A DNA stretch of 62,917 bases, the filler included, from Octopus bimaculoides (lineage: Eukaryota), in the NCBI RefSeq assembly GCF_001194135.2. It is 5 parts of 4 records of this genome, joined end to end, with 100 filler letters (N's around TTAATTAATTAA, not from the genome) between each part and the next. Parts side by side here need not be neighbours in the genome. Positions count along the whole stretch, not along the records: positions 1 to 18,763 come from NC_068982.1; positions 18,864 to 39,109 come from NC_068987.1; 3 more parts are not named here. One strand, 5' to 3'. Shown here in pieces: positions 13,751-26,514 of the stretch. Position numbers and translations under genes: made by a program. Under the pieces are notes generated by a model. That model saw only the letters and a list, made by a program, of their open reading frames with translations. It ran no database searches and was not told where the DNA came from. Position 1 is the first letter of the stretch. The number at the start of each line of letters is the position of its first letter.

Positions 13751-16700
13751 GCATTGTAAAAACGTATGTATGTATGAACACATGCTTATTTGCATGTAAA
13801 TACAAAGTCAGTTTCATACAATTTGCAATATTTGAAGCAAAACATAATTAAATAAAATACTGTTTGAAGGATTATCAATTTGGTTGAATTAAGCTACTCC
13901 GCGAAGCTGCTCGCATAATCATTTCTGAAATTTTGCTAGAGTGCAACTGAATGGGCAAATAAAAATTTCTGTTATATATCTTGTGTTGCAAAATATCAGT
14001 ATCTTATGTATATTCTATTAAAATTAGACGTGATGTCTTAATTTAAATTGTACTAATATTCAATCCTGTGCTTGTTAATATTCTATTTACTTTCATACTA
14101 TTATCATTCCCACGGAATGCCTTTGTCATCTCAAACGCATAATTTTGTCTGATAACCGCATGTTCGATTTTAGAAGAATGATGTCTTAGTTCATATTCGG
14201 GTTCTTAATTTTTATTTTTTTTTGCGAAAGGATTTTGTTGCTGCTTGGAAGAAATTATTCTTCACCTGTTTTCTTAGTTTTATGTTGTGTCTTCGCTTTT
14301 TGCGAATTATTGGGAATTTTCACCGGTAGTAATTATTTCTTCCTCATCTTTGCTTCGCGATCTCTCCTATGCACAGTTCCCGTATGGCTCTGCGACTTTG
14401 AAGGTGTTGTTACGACTTACAAATCAATTTTAATGTCTTCCAATCAATATGTCACTTCGTTAACACTGCTTTGGCCATTCGTCCATGCTTCAATATAAAG
14501 TTATGATTGGCCACGGATCTGCGTCGTTGCTAGTGTCTCCTAGTGCCAGTCTTCTTTTTCTTTGACTAATGTACGGACGGAGAGTCAAATGTATAATCAG
14601 AGACATATCTGGCAATTTCAGCCCATGTTTTTGCTGCTTCTTCAATTTTAACGAAACAATGAATAGTGCCATAGCTTTTGCCGTCTTCAATTGAAAGGAC
14701 TCCTGATATGTCGTGGAGAGCCTCAAGATATCTGACAATATCAAATGCGACCTGCGATTGATAGGTGTTTGCATATGATGAAGTTTAGACAAGACAATAA
14801 GGAAGCACGATATGTGATCGTAAGACGTTCCAGAAAGAGGAGCTCAAAATTCCATCAAACAGTCCCTATCGTCAATATACTTGGAAATGCCTATTGTCTG
14901 AAAAATTACCTGATCGCATGGCTGGAATACTTTCAAGTATAGATGAATAGTAAAAGGTGATTATGAGAGATAATTAAGAAATGCACTAATTACATCTAAA
15001 TTCTGATCAAATATAATTCACTATTGTCACTGTTGTAACAACGGCTGCGAAATAACAAATCTGATAAAGCTTAAACATATATAGCGGGTTCTGGTCAGCA
15101 AATCGATAGACGTTCGGTTTATATATATATATATATATATATATACCATATCCCAGTAAAGATCGAAGTTCTTATGTGGTTAGTGAGATCATAAGTGAGA
15201 CATTTTAGCCATTTTTCAATACCAGACCAGCTGTGAAAAAGACGAAATACGGACAAAGACTTTGTAACCTTTTGCAAATCGTATTTTCTCATCTTTTAGA
15301 CATAGCGTATGTTTATTCCGACTAGTTTTCTTATACAAAGGGAACCTCGTATAATACAGAAGAGGTTTATTTGAGGAAACATTTAGTGGTAATATTTTAC
15401 TGGTAGAGTAACCACGGGTAGGCTCTCTTGCTAGTTTTGGTTTACAGATTTTGTATATTGCAGATGATGATAAGTAGAATGTATAAAAATCATGTGGAAG
15501 TATACTCCAGTATATTTCCTTATGAAAGCTATTTTAGCCTTTAAATACATATTAATTTTCACTGTTTACTTCGTTCTTTGGAATTTAGTCCTTCAGTCTA
15601 ACAGAATAGATAGAAGGAATGACAGAACTGCTATTCTATTGGATGATAGCGCGTTTAAAGAACATAACACTGAACAAGAAACAAACAAAATATAGTTGCT
15701 CTTCGTATCAGTTAAGCTGCTGTCTTGGAGAGACAACTGCATCTCTGGTTATACTTCATAAAAACTGTGACAGTTAGCTGTTATTATTCAGGAGAGTTCA
15801 GTTGTAAATACTATCAACAAAAGGACCTGTCAATACCAGTATTATATATTATTCTTTAGTTAAATGCACAGTGGGTAGCAGAATGAAATTAATTTATATG
15901 AGTGCTCTAGAAATCACTTTCGTCTAATACGACTTGTATTCCAGATTATGGCATAATTTTTTTTTATTATATTGGTCTGGAGGAGGAGATTGAGCACATG
16001 GCGTTGGCAAGCATTCTGAGATCGGTAATTTTGATGCTGTTAACGGCATCAAACCGTTCACAAGGAGATAGTTATAGAAATGGCATGTGCTGGGAGAAAA
16101 CGCCAGTGTCAGCATTCTGGGATGATAGGACTGGAATTCAATAATTGGTGCGGAGCTTGGATGAGTGAACACAAAATGGCTGATGAGATTGAGAAACAAG
16201 TGCAGCGAGAGATCCTCAGTAGACGTGACACGAGACACAAACAGATTGAAGACGCAGATGCAATTATCTTTGCGACAGAAAGCCAGAGATAGGAGAAAAC
16301 ATGGTTGTAGGAAAGAGTCTGGCGTATGTTTGTGAGTAACCTCTTTGGCTGAGAGGGATTTTAAGAAATTATCTAGGATATCTGTTTGTGAAGCAGAAGT
16401 ACTATTGCAAATGTGGAAACAATGCTCCATTATAGGTTACATCCGTGTTTTGCAGGGAGTAGTTTTGGGAAGTGGAGTGAGGAATGTTTTGGTTCTGAGA
16501 CAAAGCAATGTTTGCTCTGTTAAGGATGTGTCTTCTCTGGGACGGACAGTTCCTCAGTTATAATGACGATTAGTATCTGAGGTGATCGCAGTATTTGTTT
16601 GACGTGCTACTACTGAAGGATGCTTATGAAGTCGTCGCTCGTGGAATCGGTGCATATTTGGCGTGATGTGTCTGGGTTGATACAGAAGTGGATGGGATTT

Positions 16701-18719
16701 GGTGAAGAGTTAAGGACGGTATGATTTACATGGGAGCAGAGCAGACATTATTGAAGGCAACGTGAAATAGTTTGTTGGTGTATAAAGGAAGCGAATGGCG
16801 AACAAAACCAAAACTTGAGCTACACCAGAGTTGATAGGCGCAGATTAGAAAGACTTCGATCAGTACGTCTCTCAAAAATGTCATCTTAACACAAAATATG
16901 TTTTCTAAAGGAAGAGAGATGCTGGATGTGAGCTGAATACGGAGTAAAGTTTTTCTTCCAAACTAAATTTTCATCGCAAGTGAACCTGTACATTAACTGG
17001 ATTTAACGAGTGGATCATAGTCTTGCTGGGTACTGTCTTCAATTATATGGTCAATGACACTGATCCAGAACTTCATCGACTGGTGCATATTTATTGACTA
17101 CGGAAAGATGAAAATTGAAGTGCAACTAGACGGAATTTGAACTCGAAATGTAAATGAATCTAAGCAAATATAAATTTCTTTTGTCCAACGCTTTACCAAT
17201 TCTACCAACGACCAGTTATAGTTCTGGAATAATAAACCTAAAAAATAGTGTAAATTTCATCTATATAAAATATACTAAATAATCGCTCTGATTCACCTGA
17301 ATTCATTGACTAACGCTAACATGATAGATAGAATTACCTGAACAGGAGGTTAGTAAAGGACCTGCTATATTTCTGAATCCATTTTATCATTTTATCACGG
17401 GAGGATATCAAGATGGTAATCAGGCTCCCTACCATTCAGTAATCAGACAATTTACTGGATCGTGAAACGACAGCTTTTCCTGTTCATAACAAGTAATCAA
17501 ACAAAAACTAAAAATATTTCCATTTCATTCGTAAATGATTAATTACCTGTGCACACACAAGCAAATAGGACGATATCAACATCGTATATCAGTCGTTAGA
17601 GAATAGAGTGGAAAACATTGAACTCCGTTTTCAATTTCAAATGCTTTATATTTTTACTGCTGAGAGTCTTCTGGTTTTACATATGCGGCGAATTGTGTCC
17701 AGCGATGAAAACGATCGAAATATTTCTCATCATGCATATTGTAACTCTGGTGGTCATTACAGAAAATTATAAAGCTACATGATAATTATTACATACAGAA
17801 GGAAGAAATGACTTGTGTTTCGCTGTTGCAACACTACTCTTGATAATAGTGTTAACACTACTAGAACTTGAGGCAGAAGCTAAATTTTGTTGTTGTTGAT
17901 GATGATATTTTATTGGTAAGCCATTAAATTAGCCCGTACTAACTGTGCAACATCGTTTACATAGTGTACTACCCATTATCGAAACGGTTGGTGAATAGGA
18001 TGAGCTCAGCTGTCATCGAGTAGACAAATAATCAAGAGTTCTAGCATTTTACCAGAAGCTTTTGAACAACTACTTGTAAATATTCGAACATAGTAAATCA
18101 ATAAACACATACAATAAGTCTCTTCTTTTTTAATGCAGTAGGGTGCGATTTTGATTAGATTTAGTTGATATTTGTAGGAGATCTGACGACTAAATAAAGA
18201 TTTCCGTTGGTTATATATTATTTCTGGCATTTTTCGTCATGGAAATATTTCAAATTTGGGCTTCTTCAGGCAGTAGAGCAATCGGAATCAACTGAAAAAA
18301 ACACTTAACTACGACAAAGAAACTCAAGATTGTAATCTGCTGCATATATCGAATACACCATCAAACTATAATATGATGCAGTATACTTAACCTTCACATT
18401 AGCTATTGATCCCATTTGATGTAACCATTGCATGCTAAAATAACTTAAAGAACATCTGTTTCATTCACGCCTCAATTCTTCTCAACAGCCATATTGTTTC
18501 TGCCTAGATTCCATAAGAAAAAAATGTTTCCTCTGTATTTTTTCCTTGAAAGAATTAGGTAACAGAAATATTAACAAAAATAGCCTCATTGATTTAACCC
18601 ATCTATCCGCCATCTCAAACAATCTCAATATGGGCAACTAAGATGTTCCAACCAAATAGTTGAAATAGGACAAACCAATTTCTAAAATGTTGGTTTAGTC
18701 TACGAAAACGTCGCAACTG

Positions 18720-18763
<44 letters not shown>

Positions 18764-18863
18764 NNNNNNNNNNNNNNNNNNNNNNNNNNNNNNNNNNNNN
18801 NNNNNNNTTAATTAATTAANNNNNNNNNNNNNNNNNNNNNNNNNNNNNNNNNNNNNNNNNNNN
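18764..18863. other. Assembly spacer 44N-TTAATTAATTAA-44N (also 39110-39209, 48453-48552, 60967-61066)
   Basis: An identical 100-bp structure occurs four times; the 12-mer places stops in all six frames. Confidence 0.95.
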
Positions 18864-18891
18864 TATATATTTACATATACATATACGTATA

Positions 18892-19155
18892 CGTGGTCTG
18901 ATCAATAAGTATCTGGACTGTTCAAAGCTAAAGTAAAGAGAGTGAAGTCGCTTGACACAGTTTGCACTTAAACACTGTTGTGCATGCGCACTAACCTTTA
19001 ACGGTATAGCTCAATTCCGCTGTTTACAACAGTGCCTGGAAGGAAGGTGTGTAGTGTGTGATCGTAGCATTGACAATGACAGAGAAAGTTGAGAGAGGAA
19101 TCTGCATCAAATTTTGCCAAAAGCTTGGCGATACCTCTGAAAGTCTACGCAAAAG
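18892..19155 (+). mobile_element. 5' fragment of a mariner-like element
   Basis: TA followed by TIR-like CGTGGTCTGATCAATAAGTATCTGGACTG, then transposase start MTEKVERGICIKFCQKLGDTS. Confidence 0.65.
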
Positions 19156-19158
19156 GTT

Positions 19159-19650
19159 CTAAAAGTTTTCATCATTCTCGACACAACCAAGGAGATCTTG
19201 TGCAACTGAAACCTGAGTGTATTTTCGGTCAACCGAAAGCAGCTTTAGCATAGTCTTGACAGATATGCGTCTCATACCCAAATCTTCAGAGGCAATGGAC
19301 TGAACTGAACCATAACTAATCTGAAGATCCTTTGATAAATCACGGATGGGGATCGAGGATTTCTCTTCACAGCTGCACACACATCAGCGACGTTTTTCTC
19401 AGTTCTGTTGGTTGTGGGTCTCCGAGAACCTTCGTCACTATCGACATTTTTTCGGCCATCTTGAAAACTTCTGAACCACTCGTACACTTGTATGCGGCTC
19501 ATAGACTCCTTTCCAAACACTTTCTGAAACTTTGCGTAGGCCTGAGCAGGTATCGCCATGACAACTTTCTCTGTTATGGTCAATGTGACGATCACACGCG
19601 ACACACATTCCTTCCAAGCACTGCTGTAAACAGCGGAAGTGAGCTAGAAT
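19159..19650 (-). mobile_element. 5' fragment of the same mariner family, opposite strand
   Basis: Minus frames AYAKFQKVFGKESMSRIQVYEWFRSFQDGRKNVDSDEGSRRP and IRDLSKDLQISYGSVQSIASEDLGMRRIS are mariner HTH1/HTH2 sequence. Confidence 0.8.
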
Positions 19651-19659
19651 ATTAAAACT

Positions 19660-20140
19660 TTGTGTGATATAATGCAACAAGCCATGAAGAAAACAATCTT
19701 TAAAACTTTGTCTCTTAAGACCATGAAAATCGAGCATACTTCAAGAGAAAGCATTGACAAATGCCTTCAACCCATATGGGGCAAAACCACATATGTGACA
19801 CGAAGAAAAGAATACGGCACTGTGGAGGTCAGATTCGGGTCTAAAGAAGAAGCAAACGAACACTCCACAGTGCCTTTAAAATCAATTAATTTAGTACTGC
19901 TATCGACGTACCTACGAAGAAGAACATCAGAAATAAAAAAATAGGGGAGGTCCCAGCAAAGATTGACGTGGTGTGGCTCGTGGCGGCTGTTCTACTGGAT
20001 CTGGAAAGCAGTATTACAATGCTGCAAATCACCATTCTACACCAACAAAACTGGTAGGGACCAAGGCCTGGAAATTCTGATCCAAGCAACTCAACAGGAC
20101 TTAAAAGAAATCCCGGACCTTGTAAAACACCCTAACCATT
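19660..20140 (+). pseudogene. Degraded coding fragment, possibly a LINE ORF1 (RRM-like)
   Basis: Complex ORF KIEHTSRESIDKCLQPIWGKTTYVTRRKEYGTVEVRFGSKEEA continuing with frameshifts (IGEVPAKIDVVWLVAAVLLDLES); no splice signals. Family assignment is a guess. Confidence 0.35.
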
Positions 20141-20522
20141 AAGCCATGCGCCTTCATATATATATATATANNNNNNNNNNNNNNNNNNNNNNNNNNNNNN
20201 NNNNNNNNNNNNNNNNNNNNNNNNNNNNNNNNNNNNNNNNNNNNNNNNNNNNNNNNNNNNNNNNNNNNNNNNNNNNNNNNNNNNNNNNNNNTACACATAC
20301 ACAAGGTTGACCAAAAGTCACCTGACAGTAAACCAAAACCTTTTAATTTCAAGATTTGTTTATTTTTAACAACTGAATGAATTAAACAAAAGCATCTGCA
20401 TATCAAGTATTATGAACATTTAATTTTTTGAGCGACACGTTTTTCCATTCGAGTCAATACAGAATTACAGATATGTATGGAATTTTGATTTACTGTCGGG
20501 TGACTTTTGGCCAGCCCTGTAT

Positions 20523-20892
20523 ATATTCTTTTATTCTTTTATTTGTTTCAGTCATTTGACTGCGGCCATGCTGGAGCACCGCTTTTAGTCGACCAAATCT
20601 ATCCCAGGACTTATTCTTGTAAGCCTAGAACTTATTCTATCGGTCTCTTTTGTCAAACCGCTAAGTTCTGGGGAAGTAAACACACCAACATCGGTTGTCA
20701 AACGATGGTGGGTATACATGTATATACGACGGACTTCTTTCAGTTTCCGTCTACCAAATCCACTCACAAGGATTTGGTCGGCCGGAGGCTATAGTAGAAG
20801 ACACTTGCCCAAGGTGCCCCGCAGTGGAACTCAACCTGGAACCGTGTGGTTGGTAAGCAAGCTACTTACCACACAGCAGCCACTCCTGCGCC
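20523..20892 (-). mobile_element. Full-length tRNA-head SINE with CORE-like middle
   Basis: Minus strand AGGCGCAGGAGTGGCTG..TGTGGTAAG head, CCTTGGGCAAGTGTCTT core, GGTGCTCCAGCATGGCCGCAGTCAAATGACTGAAAC tail. Other full or partial copies at about 28915-29056, 37905-38060, 38520-38915, 39805-39990, 44400-44600, 51320-51480, 55020-55150 and 61305-61470. Confidence 0.8.
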
Positions 20893-20923
20893 TGGAAACC
20901 TCCTTGCCATAACCGACGCAGTA

Positions 20924-20966
<43 letters not shown>

Positions 20967-20969
<3 letters not shown>

Positions 20970-21130
20970 CGCAGGCGTGTCTGTGAGGTAAGAAGCTTGC
21001 TTTCTAACCACATGGTTCCAAGTTCAGTCTTCAGTCCCACTGAGCAAGTGTCTTTTACTATAGCTTCGGGCCGACCAAAAGCCTTGTGAGTGGGTTTGGT
21101 AGACGGAAACTGAAAGAAGCCTGTCGTACA
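20967..21130 (+). mobile_element. SINE head and core, inverted relative to the copy at 20523-20892
   Basis: AGGCGCAGG...GGTAGACGGAAACTGAAAGAAGCCTGTCGTA is the reverse complement of 20726-20892. Confidence 0.8.
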
Positions 21131-21164
21131 TACATGAGTGTGCGCGCGTGTGTGTATGAAGAAG

Positions 21165-21478
21165 CGTGGGTTTGTCGTTATGGTATTCGGTTGACGATCG
21201 TAAGGTCGTGAATTCAATTTCCGGCGACGCGTTGTGTCCTTAAGCAAGACATTTTATTTCATATTGCTACAGTCTACTCAGCTGATAAAATGAGTTGTAC
21301 CTGTATTTCTAAGGACCAGCCTTGTCACATTCTGTGTCACGCTGATTCCTGCTGAGAACTACGTTAAGGGTACACGTGTCTGTGAAGTGCGCAGCTATTT
21401 GCACGTTAATTTCACGAGCAGACTGTTCCGTTGTTTGGATCAACTGGAACCCTCCTCATCGTAACCGATGGAGTGGCA
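21165..21478 (+). mobile_element. tRNA-derived SINE with CORE-like segment
   Basis: Degenerate tRNA head, TTGTGTCCTTAAGCAAGACA..TTGCTACAGTCTACTCAGCTG core, tail shared with 12005-12170. Confidence 0.7.
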
Positions 21479-21601
21479 TATATATANNNNNNNNNNATAG
21501 CAGAGGACAAAATAAAGCACGTTCACCCTTAGTATTACCAAATAGTCGGTAGTATTACGGCATTATTCCAGATCTAGGTTTAGGCATTCTTTGTGTGTGA
21601 A

Positions 21602-21904
21602 AATATAACTGAATAAGGTAGAGTCAACAAGAAGGAGTACGGTTAGTCAGTTAGTTGATAATCACTACACATGTTTCGATACAACGTATATCTTCATATA
21701 TACAGGATTTAAATTACGCAACGGTTTACCTGTATAATGGGATCCAGTTGTATTTCTTCAGGTGATATACAATTGCTCTATATCGCCTGCTAGTTGCATA
21801 ATTCAAGTCCTGTATATATGAAGATCTATGATGTATGGAAACATATGTAATGATTATTAAATAACTGTCTAACCGTACTCCTTCTTGTTGACTTTATCTT
21901 ATTC

Positions 21905-21912
<8 letters not shown>
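21602..21912. repeat. Fold-back inverted repeat (~120-bp arms, ~70-bp spacer)
   Basis: 21602-21722 is the reverse complement of 21793-21912, including the exact block AGTCAACAAGAAGGAGTACGGTTAG. Confidence 0.9.
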
Positions 21913-21947
<35 letters not shown>

Positions 21948-21952
<5 letters not shown>

Positions 21953-22746
21953 GGTAAAATTATTAAACTAATAATTAATACCAGTAGTTAGTATGCGTGA
22001 TAAATGTCAGAAGACATAAATATTTTTATAATATAATAGTGTATAAGAGTTTATACACGGAGAGGAGGGCACCATGTGGATTACTTACATGCTAGAGAAG
22101 GCAGTCAAAATACAAACTACAAAAGAAATATTCTTACATTGCACGTTGCTTGTAGGACACTTGGATGAATAAAAATCTCAGTGAACCCTATAACCATGAA
22201 TTTCATCATTAATGATCAAATAGATCAATCAATTAGTCAAGCAATTGGTTGGTTAACCATCTGTGGCTCGTCAATAAGGTCGCTGGAAAACGCATAATTA
22301 TGAAACGCGCCGAGAACATAAAGTAAACACGCGCGTACTTAGTTCTATCTTGATACTTCAAGAATCTAAATCGAATGCCCCCAATCAACATGCAGAGTCA
22401 GAGTAGTACAGTAGTGAATAAATTCACCGTATATTATCCAACCGAAGAATTTAAATATTTAACTATATAAATACAGGGTAAAAATTATTAAATTAATAAT
22501 TAATACCAGTGGTTAGCATGCGTAATAAAAGTCAGAGAGCATTAATAATTTTATGATACAATAGTGTATAAGAGTTTATACACGGAGAGAAGACCACCAT
22601 GTGGATTCCTTACATGTTAGAGAGGGCTGTGAAAACCCAAACCACGAAAGAGATATTCTTACATTGCTCGTTGCTCGTACATGCCCTATCTAGCATGTAA
22701 GGAATCCACATGGTTGTCTCCTCTCCGTGTATAAACTTTTATACAC

Positions 22747-22751
<5 letters not shown>
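21948..22751. repeat. Composite repeat: two ~205-bp direct repeats plus an inverted ~70-bp partial copy, flanked by (TA)n
   Basis: 21948-22155 resembles 22472-22680; 22683-22751 is the reverse complement of 22560-22628; internal 8-bp-stem hairpin GTGTATAA-GAGT-TTATACAC. Confidence 0.8.
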
Positions 22752-22820
<69 letters not shown>

Positions 22821-22824
22821 GATT

Positions 22825-22855
<31 letters not shown>

Positions 22856-23339
22856 TAGTAGCTATCTTAATCTATCGATTGATCGATCGACAGATACATA
22901 CATCTGCAAATTGCAGTATACTTGCATATACGCATAACAGATAAGCATGTATGGATATGATACATTGAAATAATGAAAACTGCAGTTTATTAGGTACTCA
23001 CTGACCGAATCAACCAGTGATCAGAAACAGTCCAACTGTGACCATTTGTCAAATGGTACGTAGGACTACATTATACAATGTGTCCCTTTACTCACTCTTT
23101 ATGACTGTAAGGTGTAACTCGGAGGATTAGTTGCTATTTCTAACAGGTTCAGTGACCATGTAGGGGCTGTCTTATTTGCAGAAATAAAATCAGTAGCTGT
23201 CAGTGTTATGAATTGAACTCACATTCATAATTTGAGATAATGCTGTTAAAATATTCAGTTAGGTGCCTCATCATCTACGCCAGCACCGACATCATGTCTC
23301 CACTTTAAATGATGACAGTCTGTGAAGTATTTTAAGGTG

Positions 23340-24641
23340 GAAGTTGATTTGTTGGCTGGTTAGGTGGTGATGTAGCTGGTTTGCAGGCTGGTTGGTGAGT
23401 GAGTTGGTGGTGGGTTGGTTGGGTGGCTGGTCGGTGGGTTGGTGGCGAACATACATCGAATTGTTGGCGAACATACAATAATGGATGACGGAGGTGTAGG
23501 TGGGAAAAGGATGGGTGGGGGAGGGAAAGAGAAAGAGAAAGGAGAAAATGAATGAGTGAATGAACGAAAGAAGAAAAAGGTATGAATGAATGGATACATG
23601 AATGAATGAATAAAAATAGTAAAGAACGAAAGAATGTGTAAATGAAATACTAGAAGAATATATAAGGGTGGGGACGGTGCAACGGGAATAATAGGAAAGA
23701 AGAATTAACTCGTGCATTTTAGTATTCCTTAATTCTATATCAATATCGTTCGTTAATCTTTTATTGGATAAATAAGTGAAAGATAGATATTAGGAATAAG
23801 ACTGAATGTACCCATTGGATAAAGGAATAGGATTGGAAAGGAAATAAATAATGTATAAAAGAATGAAAACCGGAAGGAAAAAGAGAACATGTAAATAAAC
23901 AAATGAGAGAATAACTATATTTAAGATTGAATACACTAATCAAGGTAAATAGCTGTAGAAATGAATGAATGGAAAAACAAAAAAAGAGAAGGCACTTGGA
24001 TAATTGCATGAATGAATTTGAATGAATGAATAAATTCATTAGTTAAAGTATAATTGAATGAGTGAATGAATGAATGAAATAGGTATTTTCACATTGGAAT
24101 AATGACACTGTATGAATGTCACTTAAAATGAATGTCAAAATATGAATGACCGAATCTTGCAGAAAGATAACAAAAAATTTAAAAGAGCGAATAATGAACG
24201 AATGATAAATGAATTTACGAAGAAATCAATGGAATATGTGTTTAGTTTTATAAGAATGAATGAGGGAAAAAATAGTAGCAGAGAAGAATAAATCCGCGAA
24301 ATATGAATGGATGTGTGTAGGAATATATTTGTGAGAGACTTAAATGAGAAATGTAATGGAAACAAAGAACACAGTATAATGTTGGGACGATTTTGGTATG
24401 AAAGGAAGAAGACGGAATGGAGATATATCAACGTAACAATACAAAGCATAAAAGAAAGAAAAAAAAGCGTAAAAACTAAAGAATGAATGAATATGCATAT
24501 ATATACATACTACATGCATATATGTATAAATGGATCGGTGTGTGTGTCTATGTATACAAAGGGAGGGAGAGAGGGAGAGAGAGAGAGAGAGAGGGAGAGA
24601 GAGAGAGAGAAGGAGAAGGGAAAGAGAGAGAGAGAAGGAGA

Positions 24642-24676
<35 letters not shown>

Positions 24677-25053
24677 CGGAGAGCGTGAGGGAGAGAGAGA
24701 GAGAGAGAGCGAGGGAGAGTGAGATAGGGGCAGAAAGGGATATCCAATAAACGGTTGAAATGAATATACGGAAATATGTATGTTTGTATACATATATGCC
24801 TGTATGCATGTGTGTATATGTATGTAAGAATGAATGTGTATGTATGTATGTATGTATGCTTGTGTGTATATATCTAAAGACAGAGGGCAAAAGAGAGAGG
24901 TGGATGGATGGCTAGATAGATAGATGGATAGATAGATCGATCGATAGATAGATAGATGGATAGAGGGATAGATAGATCGATCGATGGATAGATAGATGGA
25001 TAGATAGAGGGATAGATAGATAGAGGGATAAATAGAGGGATAGATAGATAGAG

Positions 25054-25084
<31 letters not shown>

Positions 25085-25085
25085 G

Positions 25086-25127
<42 letters not shown>

Positions 25128-25522
25128 ACTAAAGGAAGCGAAAATAGACATGTGGAAAAGTGGGAGGAGAAAATAGAGAAGAGAGGAAGGTAGAGGTGGT
25201 TGAAACTAAGACAGATATTACGGTTAATCTGTAATCACAAACACACATATACAGATGTGCATGTCTGTGGGTGTGTGTATGCTTATCTGCGTCTACGTGT
25301 ATATGTGTGTGTGTGCGTGTGTAAGCGTGAGCTTGTGTGTGTGTATATATATGTGTACACACGGACACACACAAATACAACGCAAATTCACATACACACA
25401 CTCACATGCATGTTAATGCACAAACACATACATGTGCGTATATATATATACACATGAGTAAGAAATACAGATATAGAAAAAGGAACAAATAAACAAAGGA
25501 GAAAAAGAAAAGGGAGGCAAGA

Positions 25523-25604
<82 letters not shown>

Positions 25605-25619
25605 ATATATCTATCTATC

Positions 25620-25670
<51 letters not shown>

Positions 25671-25786
25671 GTATGTGTGTGAGTTGTTTTACGTGAATGT
25701 GTGTATATCCATGAATATTTATGATTATTTTGTTTTGCATATTTATTTATACATCCATACATGCAAAACAAAATCGTAGAACTCTA

Positions 25787-25825
<39 letters not shown>

Positions 25826-25948
25826 CACACATACACGCATGTAGCATGTATGTATGCATAGTTATTTATATATGTGTATGCATGTATTTATGTATATATG
25901 TATGTATGTGTATATATATATATATATGTACATATATGTATTTTAATA

Positions 25949-26002
<54 letters not shown>

Positions 26003-26322
26003 TGTACGTGTGTGTTACATACCTACACCTCACAGTTCTTTTCTTTTTGCTGTATAAATTGGAACCTTCAAACACGACACTCACATGATACATATTTACA
26101 ATCATTTAGTAACCGCAGAGGCAATATACACATATATACACGCATGCACTCAGATTCATAAATACATAAATATAGAAATATATGTATACATATATGACAC
26201 AAATATATACGTACAAACATACATATATTCTTGCATCTATAAACACACATACACACACACATATATATATTTATATATACATGCATATATATAGACTATA
26301 TACATATAAATAGATGTATGCA

Positions 26323-26365
<43 letters not shown>

Positions 26366-26366
26366 G

Positions 26367-26416
<50 letters not shown>

Positions 26417-26420
26417 TACA
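23340..26420. repeat. Mosaic microsatellite field: (GAAT)n, (GA)n, (GATA)n, (TA)n, (TG)n
   Basis: Directly visible; source of many spurious ORFs. Confidence 0.9.
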
Positions 26421-26514
26421 TACGTTCGTACCCACACACCCCAACCTTTCTCACTTTCTTTTTTTTGTTTTCTTTTTCATTCTGGAGCCGTCCATTTTTT
26501 TTGTGGTTGGGAAG

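Noticed and set aside
18764-18863. TTAATTAATTAA palindrome recurring four times between N runs
   Set aside because: Always 44N+12+44N = 100 bp: an artificial scaffold joiner. It also means contig order across these points is not guaranteed.
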